A stretch of 64,000 nucleotides of DNA from Vulcanimicrobiota bacterium. Its GTDB lineage: Bacteria > Vulcanimicrobiota > Vulcanimicrobiia > Vulcanimicrobiales > Vulcanimicrobiaceae. A model generated the notes under the pieces. That model searched no databases. It had not been told where the DNA came from and saw only the letters and a list, made by a program, of their open reading frames with translations. Position 1 is the stretch's first letter. The number at the start of each line of letters is the position of its first letter. The translations under genes were made by a program, and so were the position numbers. Positions 20,396 through 30,349 of the stretch are shown here, one piece after another. The stretch lies in NCBI GenBank assembly GCA_963714015.1, contig OY970223.1, forward strand, positions 1,504,001-1,568,000, given 5' to 3'.

Positions 20396-21160
20396 GTGGC
20401 CGGTTCGAGCCCGTCCGTGCCGCGGCCGGGTAGCGCGTCCAGCTGCTATTTAGTCGAGAGCGCAAACACCCGAGTGATTCTCGACTGCGGCAGCGGATCG
20501 CTGGGGAGCCTGCAGCGGTATGCCGATCCGCTGCAATTGGACGCGGTAGTGGTTTCGCACTTTCACCCCGATCACGTTTTCGATCTGGTGCCGCTGCGCT
20601 ACATGTGCGCGTTCCTTCCGGGGCGCGCGCGACCGATGGACCTCTACGTGCATCCGGGCGGATCGAGCAGTCTGCGGCGGCTCGCCGCGGCAACCGCGAC
20701 TTCGGACGAGGCGCACTTCTTCGATCGGGCGTTCGTCACGCGCGAGTACGCCCCCGGGCGCCAATTATCGATCGGGGATTTACTGTTCGATTTTGCCCAA
20801 ACGGTGCACTACATCGAGGGATACGCGGTTCGCGTCCGTTTTGAGGGGGTTTGCGTCGCGTACTCTGCCGATACCGCTCCGGCGGAATCCGTCGTCGAAC
20901 TCGCGCGCGACGCCGACGTGTTCGTGTGCGAATGCGCGCTCGGAGCGCGCGGAGCCGACCGCAGGCCGCGCGGTCACTGCAACGCCGTGGAGGCGGGGCG
21001 CATGGCAAGCCGGGCCGGCGTAAAATTCCTATTGCTGACGCACTACAGCGCTCACCCATCGCCCGAGGAGTTTCGCGCCGCGGCAGCCGAGGTCTATGGC
21101 GGACCTATCGCCGTTGCCGAGGAGGGCTGGAACCGGACTCTCCGGTCCGGAGCGTTATAG
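20396..21160 (+). CDS. MBL-fold hydrolase (RNase Z-like); true start probably about 20373
   Basis: LDCGSG, SHFHPDH, YSADT, LLLTH. Confidence 0.85.
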   Translation: MAGSSPSVPRPGSASSCYLVESANTRVILDCGSGSLGSLQRYADPLQLDAVVVSHFHPDHVFDLVPLRYMCAFLPGRARPMDLYVHPGGSSSLRRLAAATATSDEAHFFDRAFVTREYAPGRQLSIGDLLFDFAQTVHYIEGYAVRVRFEGVCVAYSADTAPAESVVELARDADVFVCECALGARGADRRPRGHCNAVEAGRMASRAGVKFLLLTHYSAHPSPEEFRAAAAEVYGGPIAVAEEGWNRTLRSGAL

Positions 21161-21188
21161 GCTTCGGCGACCGGGTACGCTACCCGTC

Positions 21189-21374
21189 ATGGAACGTCTA
21201 GACGATGAAAATCGAACGATCGAACGAAGCCGTGTCGAGCACGGAAACGTCGAAAGCGCGCCTACCGACGAGTACGACGCCGATTCGACCGGCGGCCGCG
21301 CCGGCTCCGAAAGCGAAGAAGACGACGTTTCTTCCGGCCTCTTGGGTTCGACCGAGAACCTCGACACCGAATAA
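21189..21374 (+). CDS. Small acidic hypothetical protein
   Basis: MERLDDEN...ENLDTE (61 aa) fills the intergenic gap. Confidence 0.55.
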   Translation: MERLDDENRTIERSRVEHGNVESAPTDEYDADSTGGRAGSESEEDDVSSGLLGSTENLDTE

Positions 21375-21379
21375 ATCCG

Positions 21380-21932
21380 CTAGTTGTCGGTTTTCGCGTG
21401 TCCCCGCGGAAGTGAAAACTGGATCAGAGAGCGCACCGGTGCAAGGCCGCGGCTCACGACCGCGCAGCAAGTAACGCGCAGGTTGAGTTCCTCCAGGCGC
21501 GCTTTTAGCTGCAAGCAGCTCGCGTCCGCTGCTGACGACGTCCTCGATGAGCAGCACCTTTTGACCGGGATCGTATGGGCCTTCGACGTACTCGCCGGGA
21601 AACGCCCCGTAGCCCTTGGGTTCCTTTCGCACGGCGAGCAGCGGTATATTGCTCATCTGCGAAACGGCCGTCGCGATCACGACCCCTCCCAGTTCCGTCC
21701 CGGCGATAAGATCCGGATTGATCTCAGCGATGATCGGCACGAAGAAGCGAGCGATGCGGCGCAGCACGTGCGGATCGGAGAACAGCCGGAACTTGTCGAT
21801 GTAATAATCGCTCCGGACGCCGCCGGAGAGCACGTAGTCGCCGCGCGTAAGTGCGCGCTCGACGATGGTCTTTCTAAGCCAATTCAGATCGGGAAACCGG
21901 CCGATAGGATCGGGCGAACCTAAATACTCCAT
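21380..21932 (-). CDS. pyrE: Orotate phosphoribosyltransferase-like (frameshift near 21505)
   Basis: LSGGVRSDYYID, GTELGG, VRKEPKGYG, PRPP motif LLIEDVVSSG. Confidence 0.8.
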
Positions 21933-23548
21933 TGCCACGCGTTCCAAGTCTCAATCGCCGGATTCGGGGCGAAGCCTTTGAACGCTACGTTCACCGGCTG
22001 CATGAAGCGCTGGTACCACAGATAGAGCATCGGGTTGTCGCGTTGGAGAAGTTCTTGAATCCGGAAATACGCTTGTTTGCGGGTCGCTTGATCGTAGTTT
22101 TCCAAGGCTTTTTTCTGGGCCGCTTCCATCTCGGGATTGCAGTAGTGGGCATAGTTGTAACCGTGAGGCGCTTCGTTTGCGCAGGTCATCTGCGCCGAAT
22201 CATCGGGGTCGATGCCGGCCGACCAGCCGACGAGTGAGATGTCGAATTTGCCGCTCTGGAGGATCCCGCCTTCACCCGCGGGCGCGAAAAGCACGTCGCC
22301 GTCGAAATATTTGACCTGCGCCTGAACGCCGATCTGCTCGAGCATGGCTTGGATGACGACACTGTTCTTGCGCCTGGTGGTATTGCTGTTGTCCGTGACG
22401 ATGACCAGAACGAGCGGCTGGCCGTTTTTCGTCATGATGCCGTTTTTTGCCGGCGTCCAGCCGGATTGCTGCAGCAAGGCTCGAGCTTTCTGGGGATCGT
22501 ACGGCGTCTGAGTGACGTTCGGATCGAACGACCACATGAAGGGCGGCTGGTCCTCGGTAGCCTCCTTCTCTTGGCCGTACGTCGAGGTTTGAACGAGACG
22601 CCGCTTGTCGATTCCGTAAGCGATGGCTTGCCGCACCAGCGGATCGGATACGAACGGATGCGATAGATTCAAATGCATGTACTCGTAGCCGTTGACGTCG
22701 TCCCATGCTATGCGCACGCCGGGAATCCGCTCGATGGTCGGATAGTTGTTGATGGACGCCTCGAACATCCAGTCGACGTCATGGGTTCGCAAAAGATTGA
22801 CCGTGGTGTCTTCGTTCGGCACGATGCGGATCGAGATTTCGTTCAGGCCCGGCTTTCCCATGAAGAAACCCGTGTTTGCAGCGAGTTGGACGTGATCTCC
22901 GTGCACCCATCGCACGAACTTGAAGGGGCCGTCGCTGACGTCCGGGTTGCTGTTGAACGGAATCTCGTTCACGTTCGGATACTTCGAAAGCACGTGCGCC
23001 GGAACGATCTCCTGCGGAGCGTCGCTGTCGGCGAAGAACGTATTGACGAACGGGGCAAACTTGGCTTTCAGATGAACGATTACGGTGAAGTCGTTCGGCG
23101 TGTCGATGCTGCTGACGTAGTCGTAACCGTGCCGGCTGATCACGTTGTTGTCGGAATTCATGATCGCCTGCCACGTCCATTTGACGTCTTTGCTCGTTAC
23201 CGGGACGCCGTCCGTCCACTTGGCGTCCTTGCGCAAGTGATAGGTTATCGTCAACCCGTCCTTGCTGATGCCGCCGTTCTGCTGAGTCGGCACTTGGGTT
23301 GCAAGCATCGGTATCGGTTCGGCTTTCGGGTTCGCCGTCAGGAGCGGCTCGAACATCAAGCGCGCCAGCATGGCGTCCGTCGTATTGCTTTGCAGCAGCG
23401 GATTGAGATTTTTGAAGTCGGACTGCACCGCAACTCGCAGCACACCGGCCTGCGTTCCTCTGGGGGCGCTGCCCGTGGAGCCCCCGCCCGTTTGCGTGCA
23501 CGCAGCTAATACCGCGCACAGCACGGCGGGCGCCAGGGCGCGCTTCAT
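21920..23548 (-). CDS. Peptide ABC transporter substrate-binding lipoprotein
   Basis: Lipobox LAAC; KWTDGVPVTSKDV, GPFKF, VRQAIAYGID. Confidence 0.9.
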   Translation of the reverse strand: MKRALAPAVLCAVLAACTQTGGGSTGSAPRGTQAGVLRVAVQSDFKNLNPLLQSNTTDAMLARLMFEPLLTANPKAEPIPMLATQVPTQQNGGISKDGLTITYHLRKDAKWTDGVPVTSKDVKWTWQAIMNSDNNVISRHGYDYVSSIDTPNDFTVIVHLKAKFAPFVNTFFADSDAPQEIVPAHVLSKYPNVNEIPFNSNPDVSDGPFKFVRWVHGDHVQLAANTGFFMGKPGLNEISIRIVPNEDTTVNLLRTHDVDWMFEASINNYPTIERIPGVRIAWDDVNGYEYMHLNLSHPFVSDPLVRQAIAYGIDKRRLVQTSTYGQEKEATEDQPPFMWSFDPNVTQTPYDPQKARALLQQSGWTPAKNGIMTKNGQPLVLVIVTDNSNTTRRKNSVVIQAMLEQIGVQAQVKYFDGDVLFAPAGEGGILQSGKFDISLVGWSAGIDPDDSAQMTCANEAPHGYNYAHYCNPEMEAAQKKALENYDQATRKQAYFRIQELLQRDNPMLYLWYQRFMQPVNVAFKGFAPNPAIETWNAWQWSI

Positions 23549-25588
23549 CACACGGCTGCCTTGGGGCCGGTCCACTTTCCGGGAACGGGGTCGAAACGCT
23601 CGTGGCGCCACGAATACGTTCCGAGTCCGTGCGTAGCGGTACGAAGCTCGGTGATATAGCGAGAGAGTTCGACTTGCGGAACGTCGGCCTCGACGACGTC
23701 GTGGCCGGGTTTATCGGCGGGATTCATCCCCAGAATCTGCCCCCGCTTGCCGGTCAACTGTTGGATGACGGCCGACGTGTATTGTGTGGGAACCGTCACC
23801 ATGACGTGCACGATCGGTTCCAGGACGGCGGGGTTGCATTTAGGCAGCGCTTCACGCACCCCCATTCCCGCCGCGGTCTTGAACGACTGCTCGCTCGAGT
23901 CGACGTCGTGGTATGCGCCGTCGAAGAGAATCACGTGCACGTCGGTGACGGGATAGCCCCCCACGCTGCCGTGCATGAGCGCTTCGCGAACGCCTTTTTC
24001 GACAGCCGGAATGAACTGACGGGGCACGACGCCTCCGACGATCTGGTCTTGGAACGTTACGCCGTTGCCGCGTTCCCGAGGTTGAAAGCGCAGCCAGACG
24101 TCTCCGAACTGACCGTGCCCACCGGTTTGATGCTTATAGCGCGAATGGATCTCGGTCCCGGAAGTGATCGTCTCTTGGTAGGGGATCGAGGGCGGCGCGG
24201 TCATGACCTCCACCTTGAATTTGCGGGTGAGCCGCTCGACCGCAATGGACACGTGCTGCTCGCCGTTTCCAAGCAACAGCAGTTCGTTCGTGATCGCCGC
24301 GCGTTCCAGCCGCAGCGACGGATCCTCGTCGATGATCCGGGCGAGCATCTGCGAAATCTTCGCTTCGTCCATGCGCTCTTTGGGTTTGATCGCGACCGCA
24401 AAAACCGGTTCCTCGTGCGGCACGCGCGGCAAGAGCACCTTGGCGCCGTCGGTCAGCGTGTCACCCGTGGAGACGCTCTCAAGGCGGGCAATCGCGACGA
24501 TGCTTCCTGGACCCGCTTCACTTACCGCCTCCTGTTTCTTTCCCTGAAGCCGGTACAGACCGGACGAGCGAACTCTTTCGCCGTTCTTCGAAATGTTCGT
24601 GAGCGTGGCATCGGCTTTGAGCGTGCCGCTGAGCACGCGCACGACGGAAAGTTTTCCCGATTGCGGATGGATCATCGTCTTAATTACGGATGCAATCACG
24701 GGACCGGACGCGCTTGGTTCGATAGGACGCCCTTCCGCGTCGACCATCGGCGCGTCGGCGGGTGAGGGAAACCATTTCTCGACGGCCCGCACGAGTGGAC
24801 CGACACCAAATCCGGTCAAACCGGCGGCGGCGATCACGGGGATTATTTGATCGTGCGAGCACTCGTCGCAGAGATCTTTCTGGACCTCGTCCTGCGCAGG
24901 TTCGACGCCTTCCAGCAGCTCTTCCATCAGGTGATCGTCGAAGTCGGCCATCGCCTCGAGCAGCGCGACGCGCGCGATCTCGACCGCGTCTGCAATCTCT
25001 GCCGGAACCTCGCCGTCTTTCAGCTTTATCGCCTTCGTAGAAATATGCCCGGCGCTCGGCGAGATCGACGAATCCTTTGAAATTTTCGGCCGCACCGATA
25101 GGCCATTGCTCGGCCACCACGTGACGGCCGTAGCACGACTGCAGCGCGTCGAGCGTGCCTGCGAAATCGGCTCCGGGACGGTCCATTTTATTGATGACGA
25201 AGAGGTGCGGCATCTTGCGCGACTCGATGTAGTCGACGAGAATTCTCGTTTGCGCGACGCGCGCGGGGTCGCCCTCGATTACCACTAGAGCGGCATCGCA
25301 GCCGGAGAGTGCGAGCTTGGTCTCTTCGAAGAAATCGACGAAGCCCGGACAGTCGACGAGCGTGACGTCGATGCCGTCGGCCACGCAGTGACCGAAGCCC
25401 ACCGTCGTTGATTGCGCGTGATTGATGCACTCGGGCTCGTAGTCGGTCGTCGTCGTTCCGTCGATGACGCTTCCCTTACGGCCGATCGCCTCGCAACGCG
25501 CGAGAATCGCCTCGGCCAAAGTCGTCTTTCCGGCGTGGTGAGAGCCGACAATGCCGATGTTGCGTACGCGAGAGATGTCGGACGCCAT
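23548..25588 (-). CDS. fusA: Elongation factor G-like protein (EF-G2), frameshift near 25030
   Basis: HHAGKTT, DCPG, NKMD in the first frame; KHQTGGHGQF, HDVDSSE, LEPI in the second. Confidence 0.88.
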
Positions 25589-25606
25589 ATGCTCTCCTTG
25601 CGAGTA

Positions 25607-27268
25607 TTAACGTCGTTTGGTGGCGGTTTTCTTCGTGGCCGCCCGTTTCGCGGGCGTAGCCTTGCGTTTCGGAGCTGCGCTCTTCTTGCTTGGCGATTTC
25701 TTCGCGGACGTAGCTTTCTTCGCCGCCGCCTTTTTTACCGGCGCCGCTTTCTTTGCGGCAGCCTTCTTTGCCGGCGCAGCTTCTTTTTCGCAGGTGCCGC
25801 TTTCTTGGCGGGCGGCTTGGCGGCGCTGGTTTTGGCGACGGCCTTTACCGCTTTTGCTGCGGTCTTTTTGGCTGGCGGTGCAGCTTTCTTTGCCGGCACC
25901 AAAGCGGCCGCAGCCTTTGCCGGCTTGGCTTTGGATGCTGCGACGGGCGGCTTTGCGGGCGAGCGCGACGGCGGTTTGGGCGCCGGCTTGGGTGCCGGCT
26001 TTGGGACCGGCTTTGGTTCTTTGGCCGTCTTCGAGCTCTTTAGCGGCCTTGAGCTCTTTGGCAGCCTTCGGCGGCGTTTTCTCTTTTGCGGTTCCCTCGC
26101 CGGCCTGGTCTTTGACCGGTTTTTTGGTGACGCGCGCCGGACCGCTCGCGCGTTTGCGCGGGCCGGAGTCGTGACCCGTTTTTGACGCAGTCTGGCGTTC
26201 GCGCGCTTCTTCGGCCTCGTCACGTTCCGGAAGGCCGAGTTCGGCCCGGCCGAATCCGCTGATGCTGCTGCCCGGTTGCTGCACCGGTTCTTGCGATTTG
26301 ACTTGCTGAAGGTGCTCTTTGGTCGCGCGCAGCGCAACACGCGCCAAGCGGCCGTTCACGGGAAAGACGATTTCGTTGATCCCCGCCTCGTCGAGCAGTT
26401 TGAGAATCTCCGCGAAACCGTTTCCCTGATCTTTGGGGCTGTGCGCGTCGGAGCCGATGGCGATGCCGACGTTCTTCGCTTTGGCCTTTTTCATCAGACG
26501 CGCGAGCGCTTCGCGGTATTTTGCCTTGAGTTCTTGAGGGTTGTCGCGGTAAAGGTAGCGCGTGTTGATCTCGATCGCCATGCCGCGGGAAGCGCACGCG
26601 TCGAGCAGTCGATCCTCGTGCCGCTCGATTGCGGACGGCCAGTGGCCGAAGTTCGCCGGCGCGTAGAAATGTGCGAGGATATGGCCGGGAAGCTTTTCGA
26701 TGTCCTCGACCAGCTTGGCCATATACAGCTCCCAAACGCGTTCGGTCCCGACCACTTCGTAGAGATCGCGAAACTCCGCGTTGTCGAAAGCCCATTGCCA
26801 GTCCGGGCCCTTTTCGGGGTGTTCGATCGTCAGAAAGTGCACCGCGCGAAGCATTCCGTCGGGCCGCATGGCGTCGACGATGTTTTGCGCATCGGGTCTG
26901 GCGCGCGGATCGTTGTCGACTTCCGCGCCGATCGAAAACCGCATGCCGCGGCGTAAACCCTGCGATACTACAGCGGCATGCGCGACGTCTACGCCCGCGG
27001 TTTCTGCTGCGCCGTACAAATCGCCGGCTTCCGCAAGTTTGATCGCGCGCCGAACGGTGTGCACCGCTCCCGGATCCTCGAATGTGAGGTAGTTGATGTG
27101 ATCCGCGACCATCATGAACCGCGGAGAACCCCGGCGGCATGCATGATAGAACCACAAGAACAGCATGCGAGCCGAGTACGCGATCGGCCGCTCCTCGGCG
27201 AACGCTTTGTGCTCGCCTTTCGCGTGACCGTGCACGTCGGGGATGGCAGCGATACGCGGGTCGTTCAG
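25607..27268 (-). CDS. PHP-domain phosphoesterase with a long K/A/P-rich histone H1-like tail; probable CTG start
   Basis: DVHGH, ADH, GAEVD, EINT, GSDAH; PAKK repeats split over two frames. Confidence 0.75.
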   Translation of the reverse strand: MNDPRIAAIPDVHGHAKGEHKAFAEERPIAYSARMLFLWFYHACRRGSPRFMMVADHINYLTFEDPGAVHTVRRAIKLAEAGDLYGAAETAGVDVAHAAVVSQGLRRGMRFSIGAEVDNDPRARPDAQNIVDAMRPDGMLRAVHFLTIEHPEKGPDWQWAFDNAEFRDLYEVVGTERVWELYMAKLVEDIEKLPGHILAHFYAPANFGHWPSAIERHEDRLLDACASRGMAIEINTRYLYRDNPQELKAKYREALARLMKKAKAKNVGIAIGSDAHSPKDQGNGFAEILKLLDEAGINEIVFPVNGRLARVALRATKEHLQQVKSQEPVQQPGSSISGFGRAELGLPERDEAEEARERQTASKTGHDSGPRKRASGPARVTKKPVKDQAGEGTAKEKTPPKAAKELKAAKELEDGQRTKAGPKAGTQAGAQTAVALARKAARRSIQSQAGKGCGRFGAGKESCTASQKDRSKSGKGRRQNQRRQAARQESGTCEKEAAPAKKAAAKKAAPVKKAAAKKATSAKKSPSKKSAAPKRKATPAKRAATKKTATKRR

Positions 27269-27978
27269 CGTTCTACTTCCTTTACGCCGCGGGGGATCCA
27301 CATCGGGGCGCTCTTCGCCGCGCGGGGCGCCGTACGCTCGGGTGTGCCGCGCCGATCGACCCAAGGTACGACCGTTTCGATGAGGACCTCGAGGGCGCGC
27401 TTCATCATCTCGAACGACATCGAGGGCGTGCTCTCCGGGCTCAGCACGGCCGCTTGGTTCGGTAAGAACGGCAAGTGCACGAGGCCCGCCACGATGGGCG
27501 GCGCGGCTGACTCGGCGGCACCCAGAAGTTCGTACAAGCCCTGGTTGCAGAGAAACGTGCCTGCCGAGTTAGACACGTATCCGGGGATACCGTTCTCGAC
27601 CCAGGCGGCAAGGATTTCGTTCAAGGGCAGCGTCGAGAGTCGCGCTTCAGGGCCGCCCCGCAGAATGCTGTCGTTCTTGCGCATTACGCCGACGTTGTCG
27701 GGCTGCGGAAAGTCCAGGACGTTGACGGCGAGGCGCTCAAGCGCCAACGACGCGCGTCCGCCGGCTTGACCAGTCAAGACGGCGATGTCGGGAGCCGTCT
27801 CGGTGATAGCGCGCTGCAGCCGTTCACCGATATTTCGAGTCTCGACCGGGAAAACCCGAACGGCAATAGGACGCCCCGCGAGGAGGCGTCCGTCAAAGCT
27901 GCGTGCGACGAGCGCACTGGGGTTGACTTTCTCGCCGCCGTACGGCTCGAAGCCCGCAATGAGGACGTGTTTGGCCAC
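27265..27978 (-). CDS. pcp: Pyroglutamyl peptidase I
   Basis: GFEPYGGEKVNPS, LERLAVN, SAGTFLCN, VHLP. Confidence 0.92.
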   Translation of the reverse strand: MAKHVLIAGFEPYGGEKVNPSALVARSFDGRLLAGRPIAVRVFPVETRNIGERLQRAITETAPDIAVLTGQAGGRASLALERLAVNVLDFPQPDNVGVMRKNDSILRGGPEARLSTLPLNEILAAWVENGIPGYVSNSAGTFLCNQGLYELLGAAESAAPPIVAGLVHLPFLPNQAAVLSPESTPSMSFEMMKRALEVLIETVVPWVDRRGTPERTAPRAAKSAPMWIPRGVKEVER

Positions 27979-28029
27979 CTTCTAAAAAGTTAACCGCAAT
28001 TGGCCGTTACCCTGTTGCCGAGCAGATGT

Positions 28030-28068
28030 AAAAGCAAATCGCTCCGCTGATGCGGAGCGATTGCTTTT
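28030..28068. terminator. Bidirectional intrinsic terminator-like hairpin
   Basis: AAAAGCAAATCGCTCCGC-TGAT-GCGGAGCGATTGCTTTT. Confidence 0.75.
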
Positions 28069-28240
28069 GCTTCACGAAGGCAACGCCTATCCGGCGCAAC
28101 CTCCGATCATCGTTGAGCGAAAACTGTCCGTACTAACGATAACCACCTCCTCCGTCCGGCCGTTTGCCCTCGTTCGTCTCTCTCTGAGGGATCCGCGGAC
28201 TGATTTGCAGATCGAGTTCAGCGCCGGGGCGCTGGAACCT

Positions 28241-28972
28241 TCATCGCCCGTAGCCTTCCATCTTGAGCAGCCGAGCTTTCATTTCGACGCCGTAACCGTA
28301 GTTGTGCAGCGCTCCGCTGGAATCAACCACGCGATGGCACGGAAAAAAGAGCGGAAGGGGATTGCGCGCCATTACCTGGCCGACGGCTCGAGCTGCGCGC
28401 GGACGGCCGATCGTCTGAGCTACCCATGCGTAGCTGCGCACCTCGCCCGGTGGAATCTTGGCGGCTGCTTTGAGCGCTGCTTGCTCGAACGGCGTGAGAT
28501 CGCTGATGTCGACGACGCTTTCGTCGACGCGCCACGTACGGAAGAAGCCGTCGAAAAGATCTCCGAGCCACTGCGGCGTCTCTCCGGTGACCACCGGGCG
28601 GCGCAACCGGTGCTCGATGCGTTCGCGAACGGCCTCGAGCAGCTCGCCGCGATCCAATCCGATGTACGTAATTCGCGTTTCTTTGTAGCCCACGTGCACG
28701 CGGCCGATCGGCGTGTCGATGACGGTGAGCGTAATCGGCTCGTCCCGGTGGCGATGCTTCAGAACGGCGAGGTGCTCGACGACTTTCTTCGCCAAATCAC
28801 ACGACGGGATCGGCGGCGGCAAGCAGGAGAGGCAGTACGCCACGCCTTCGTATTCCTCGTACAGATCCTGGCAAGGCGGGCAGGTGTGCAAGTGGCCGAG
28901 AACGGCTTCGCGCATCGATTGATCGCCGTCGCGAATGTCATCCCACAGCGCCTCTACTTCACGACAGCGCAT
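28241..28972 (-). CDS. ogt: zf-HC2 anti-sigma domain fused to methylated-DNA-cysteine methyltransferase
   Basis: N-terminal C...HLHTCPPC; IPPGEVRSY, ARAVG, NPLP, PCHRVV. Confidence 0.9.
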   Translation of the reverse strand: MRCREVEALWDDIRDGDQSMREAVLGHLHTCPPCQDLYEEYEGVAYCLSCLPPPIPSCDLAKKVVEHLAVLKHRHRDEPITLTVIDTPIGRVHVGYKETRITYIGLDRGELLEAVRERIEHRLRRPVVTGETPQWLGDLFDGFFRTWRVDESVVDISDLTPFEQAALKAAAKIPPGEVRSYAWVAQTIGRPRAARAVGQVMARNPLPLFFPCHRVVDSSGALHNYGYGVEMKARLLKMEGYGR

Positions 28973-29609
28973 GAACGGTTGCTCCTTGGGGCACGATTCT
29001 TCCGATCTGCGGGCCGAGAATTCTCCGCAGGATGCGCACGGCGCGGTGGACGTGCGATTTCACCGTCCCGATCGGTTGATCGAGAATCTCGGCTATCTCG
29101 GGGTGGCTGCGGCCTTCGATGAACCGGAGCGTCGCGGCAGCGCGCAAGTGCATCGGAAGCTGCAAGAGCGCTTGTTCGACCAGCGCCATGTCGGCGTTGC
29201 GCTCCAGAATGTTCTCCGGCTGCGGCGGCCCTTGGCGTGCCGAGCTGCGCAGGACGGCGTCCGCGTCCGCCATGGCATCCAACGCGACACTGGCCGGGCG
29301 CTTGCTGCGCAGACGGTTGCGCGTCACGTTGAGCGTAATCGTATAGAGCCACGGCTGCAGCCGCAGTTCCGACCGCTGCTCGGCGGACATCTTTGCGAGG
29401 GCGCGATAGGCTCGCACGAACGCGTCTTGGACGATTTCTTCGGCATCCTCGCGGTTGCCCGTCATACGCAAGGCAAAGCCGTACAGACGGCGCTGATACT
29501 CGTCGACGATCTCATCGAAACGCTCGATGCCCGGCGCGCCGGCGGCGGCCGTTCCTCGCGTGGCTGCGGTCAAGCTCTTGCTCGCCTTTTTCGGTGCCGC
29601 GGATGGCAC
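28959..29609 (-). CDS. ECF sigma factor
   Basis: DAEEIVQDAFVRAY, WLYTITLN, EIAEILDQPIGTVKSHVHRA; GTG start after SD GAGGGAG. Confidence 0.92.
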   Translation of the reverse strand: MPSAAPKKASKSLTAATRGTAAAGAPGIERFDEIVDEYQRRLYGFALRMTGNREDAEEIVQDAFVRAYRALAKMSAEQRSELRLQPWLYTITLNVTRNRLRSKRPASVALDAMADADAVLRSSARQGPPQPENILERNADMALVEQALLQLPMHLRAAATLRFIEGRSHPEIAEILDQPIGTVKSHVHRAVRILRRILGPQIGRIVPQGATVHALS

Positions 29610-29659
29610 GATATACTCCCTCGTCAGGAGTGGCGCTGCGACGCTCATACACGCGTCCA

Positions 29660-29685
29660 GAACCACTGCGCGGTGCAAAGGTTTC
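29660..29685 (-). promoter_or_regulatory. Candidate ECF-type autoregulatory promoter
   Basis: GAAAC-N17-GTTC about 50 nt upstream of the sigma gene start. Confidence 0.35.
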
Positions 29686-29870
29686 ACATCCTGGGTCTGG
29701 GTCCCTTACCCGCAAACGAGCGGTTAAGTTTCGAGCCGCCCGAAGGATGCCGGCTCAACGCTGGGCGAACTTCGTGACATGACGCCTCAAGCGTTCATGA
29801 ACACTTTCGAAAACCGCTGCGGCGCATCGAGCGCTCAGCGGTTTTCTGTTATAGAACGAGGTAGCGCGGT

Positions 29871-30263
29871 ATGGAACATGCGATCGAACCACGGGACATC
29901 TCTTTTGACGCCTACACCATGTGCAGCTTCCTCCCGAATCTCGACTCCTCGCGAGCGATTCCGCTGGTGCTGATCGGCTACCGTCATGGAGAAGATCCGT
30001 GGTTCGTTTGGCTCGTACCGAAAGAAGGCTTGGGCGCCGACGGCCTGACGGGCGATCCGTACTACGCCAAGGTTCTGCGCGATCCGCGCGGCTATTTCCT
30101 CAAGAAACTCGACAAATACGTCGAAGAAACCGGCAGTGTCCGGCGCGGCATAGAAATGCTGATCGACTGCCACCAAAACCACCTGGCCTTCACGCCTCTG
30201 GTTTCGCTCATCGAGCGGCCCTTTTCTCACCCGATGCGAGTGGAGCTTTCAGCCGCCGTTTAG
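29871..30263 (+). CDS. Hypothetical protein
   Basis: 130-aa ORF with SD GAGG and an upstream TGTTATAGA extended -10. Confidence 0.7.
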   Translation: MEHAIEPRDISFDAYTMCSFLPNLDSSRAIPLVLIGYRHGEDPWFVWLVPKEGLGADGLTGDPYYAKVLRDPRGYFLKKLDKYVEETGSVRRGIEMLIDCHQNHLAFTPLVSLIERPFSHPMRVELSAAV

Positions 30264-30349
30264 ACCTTTTTAGTTGTTGCCGCTTGGCGGCAGCATTCTC
30301 CGTCTCGGCCGCACACGCTTCAGCCGGGCATGCCGCTCCCAAACAAATG

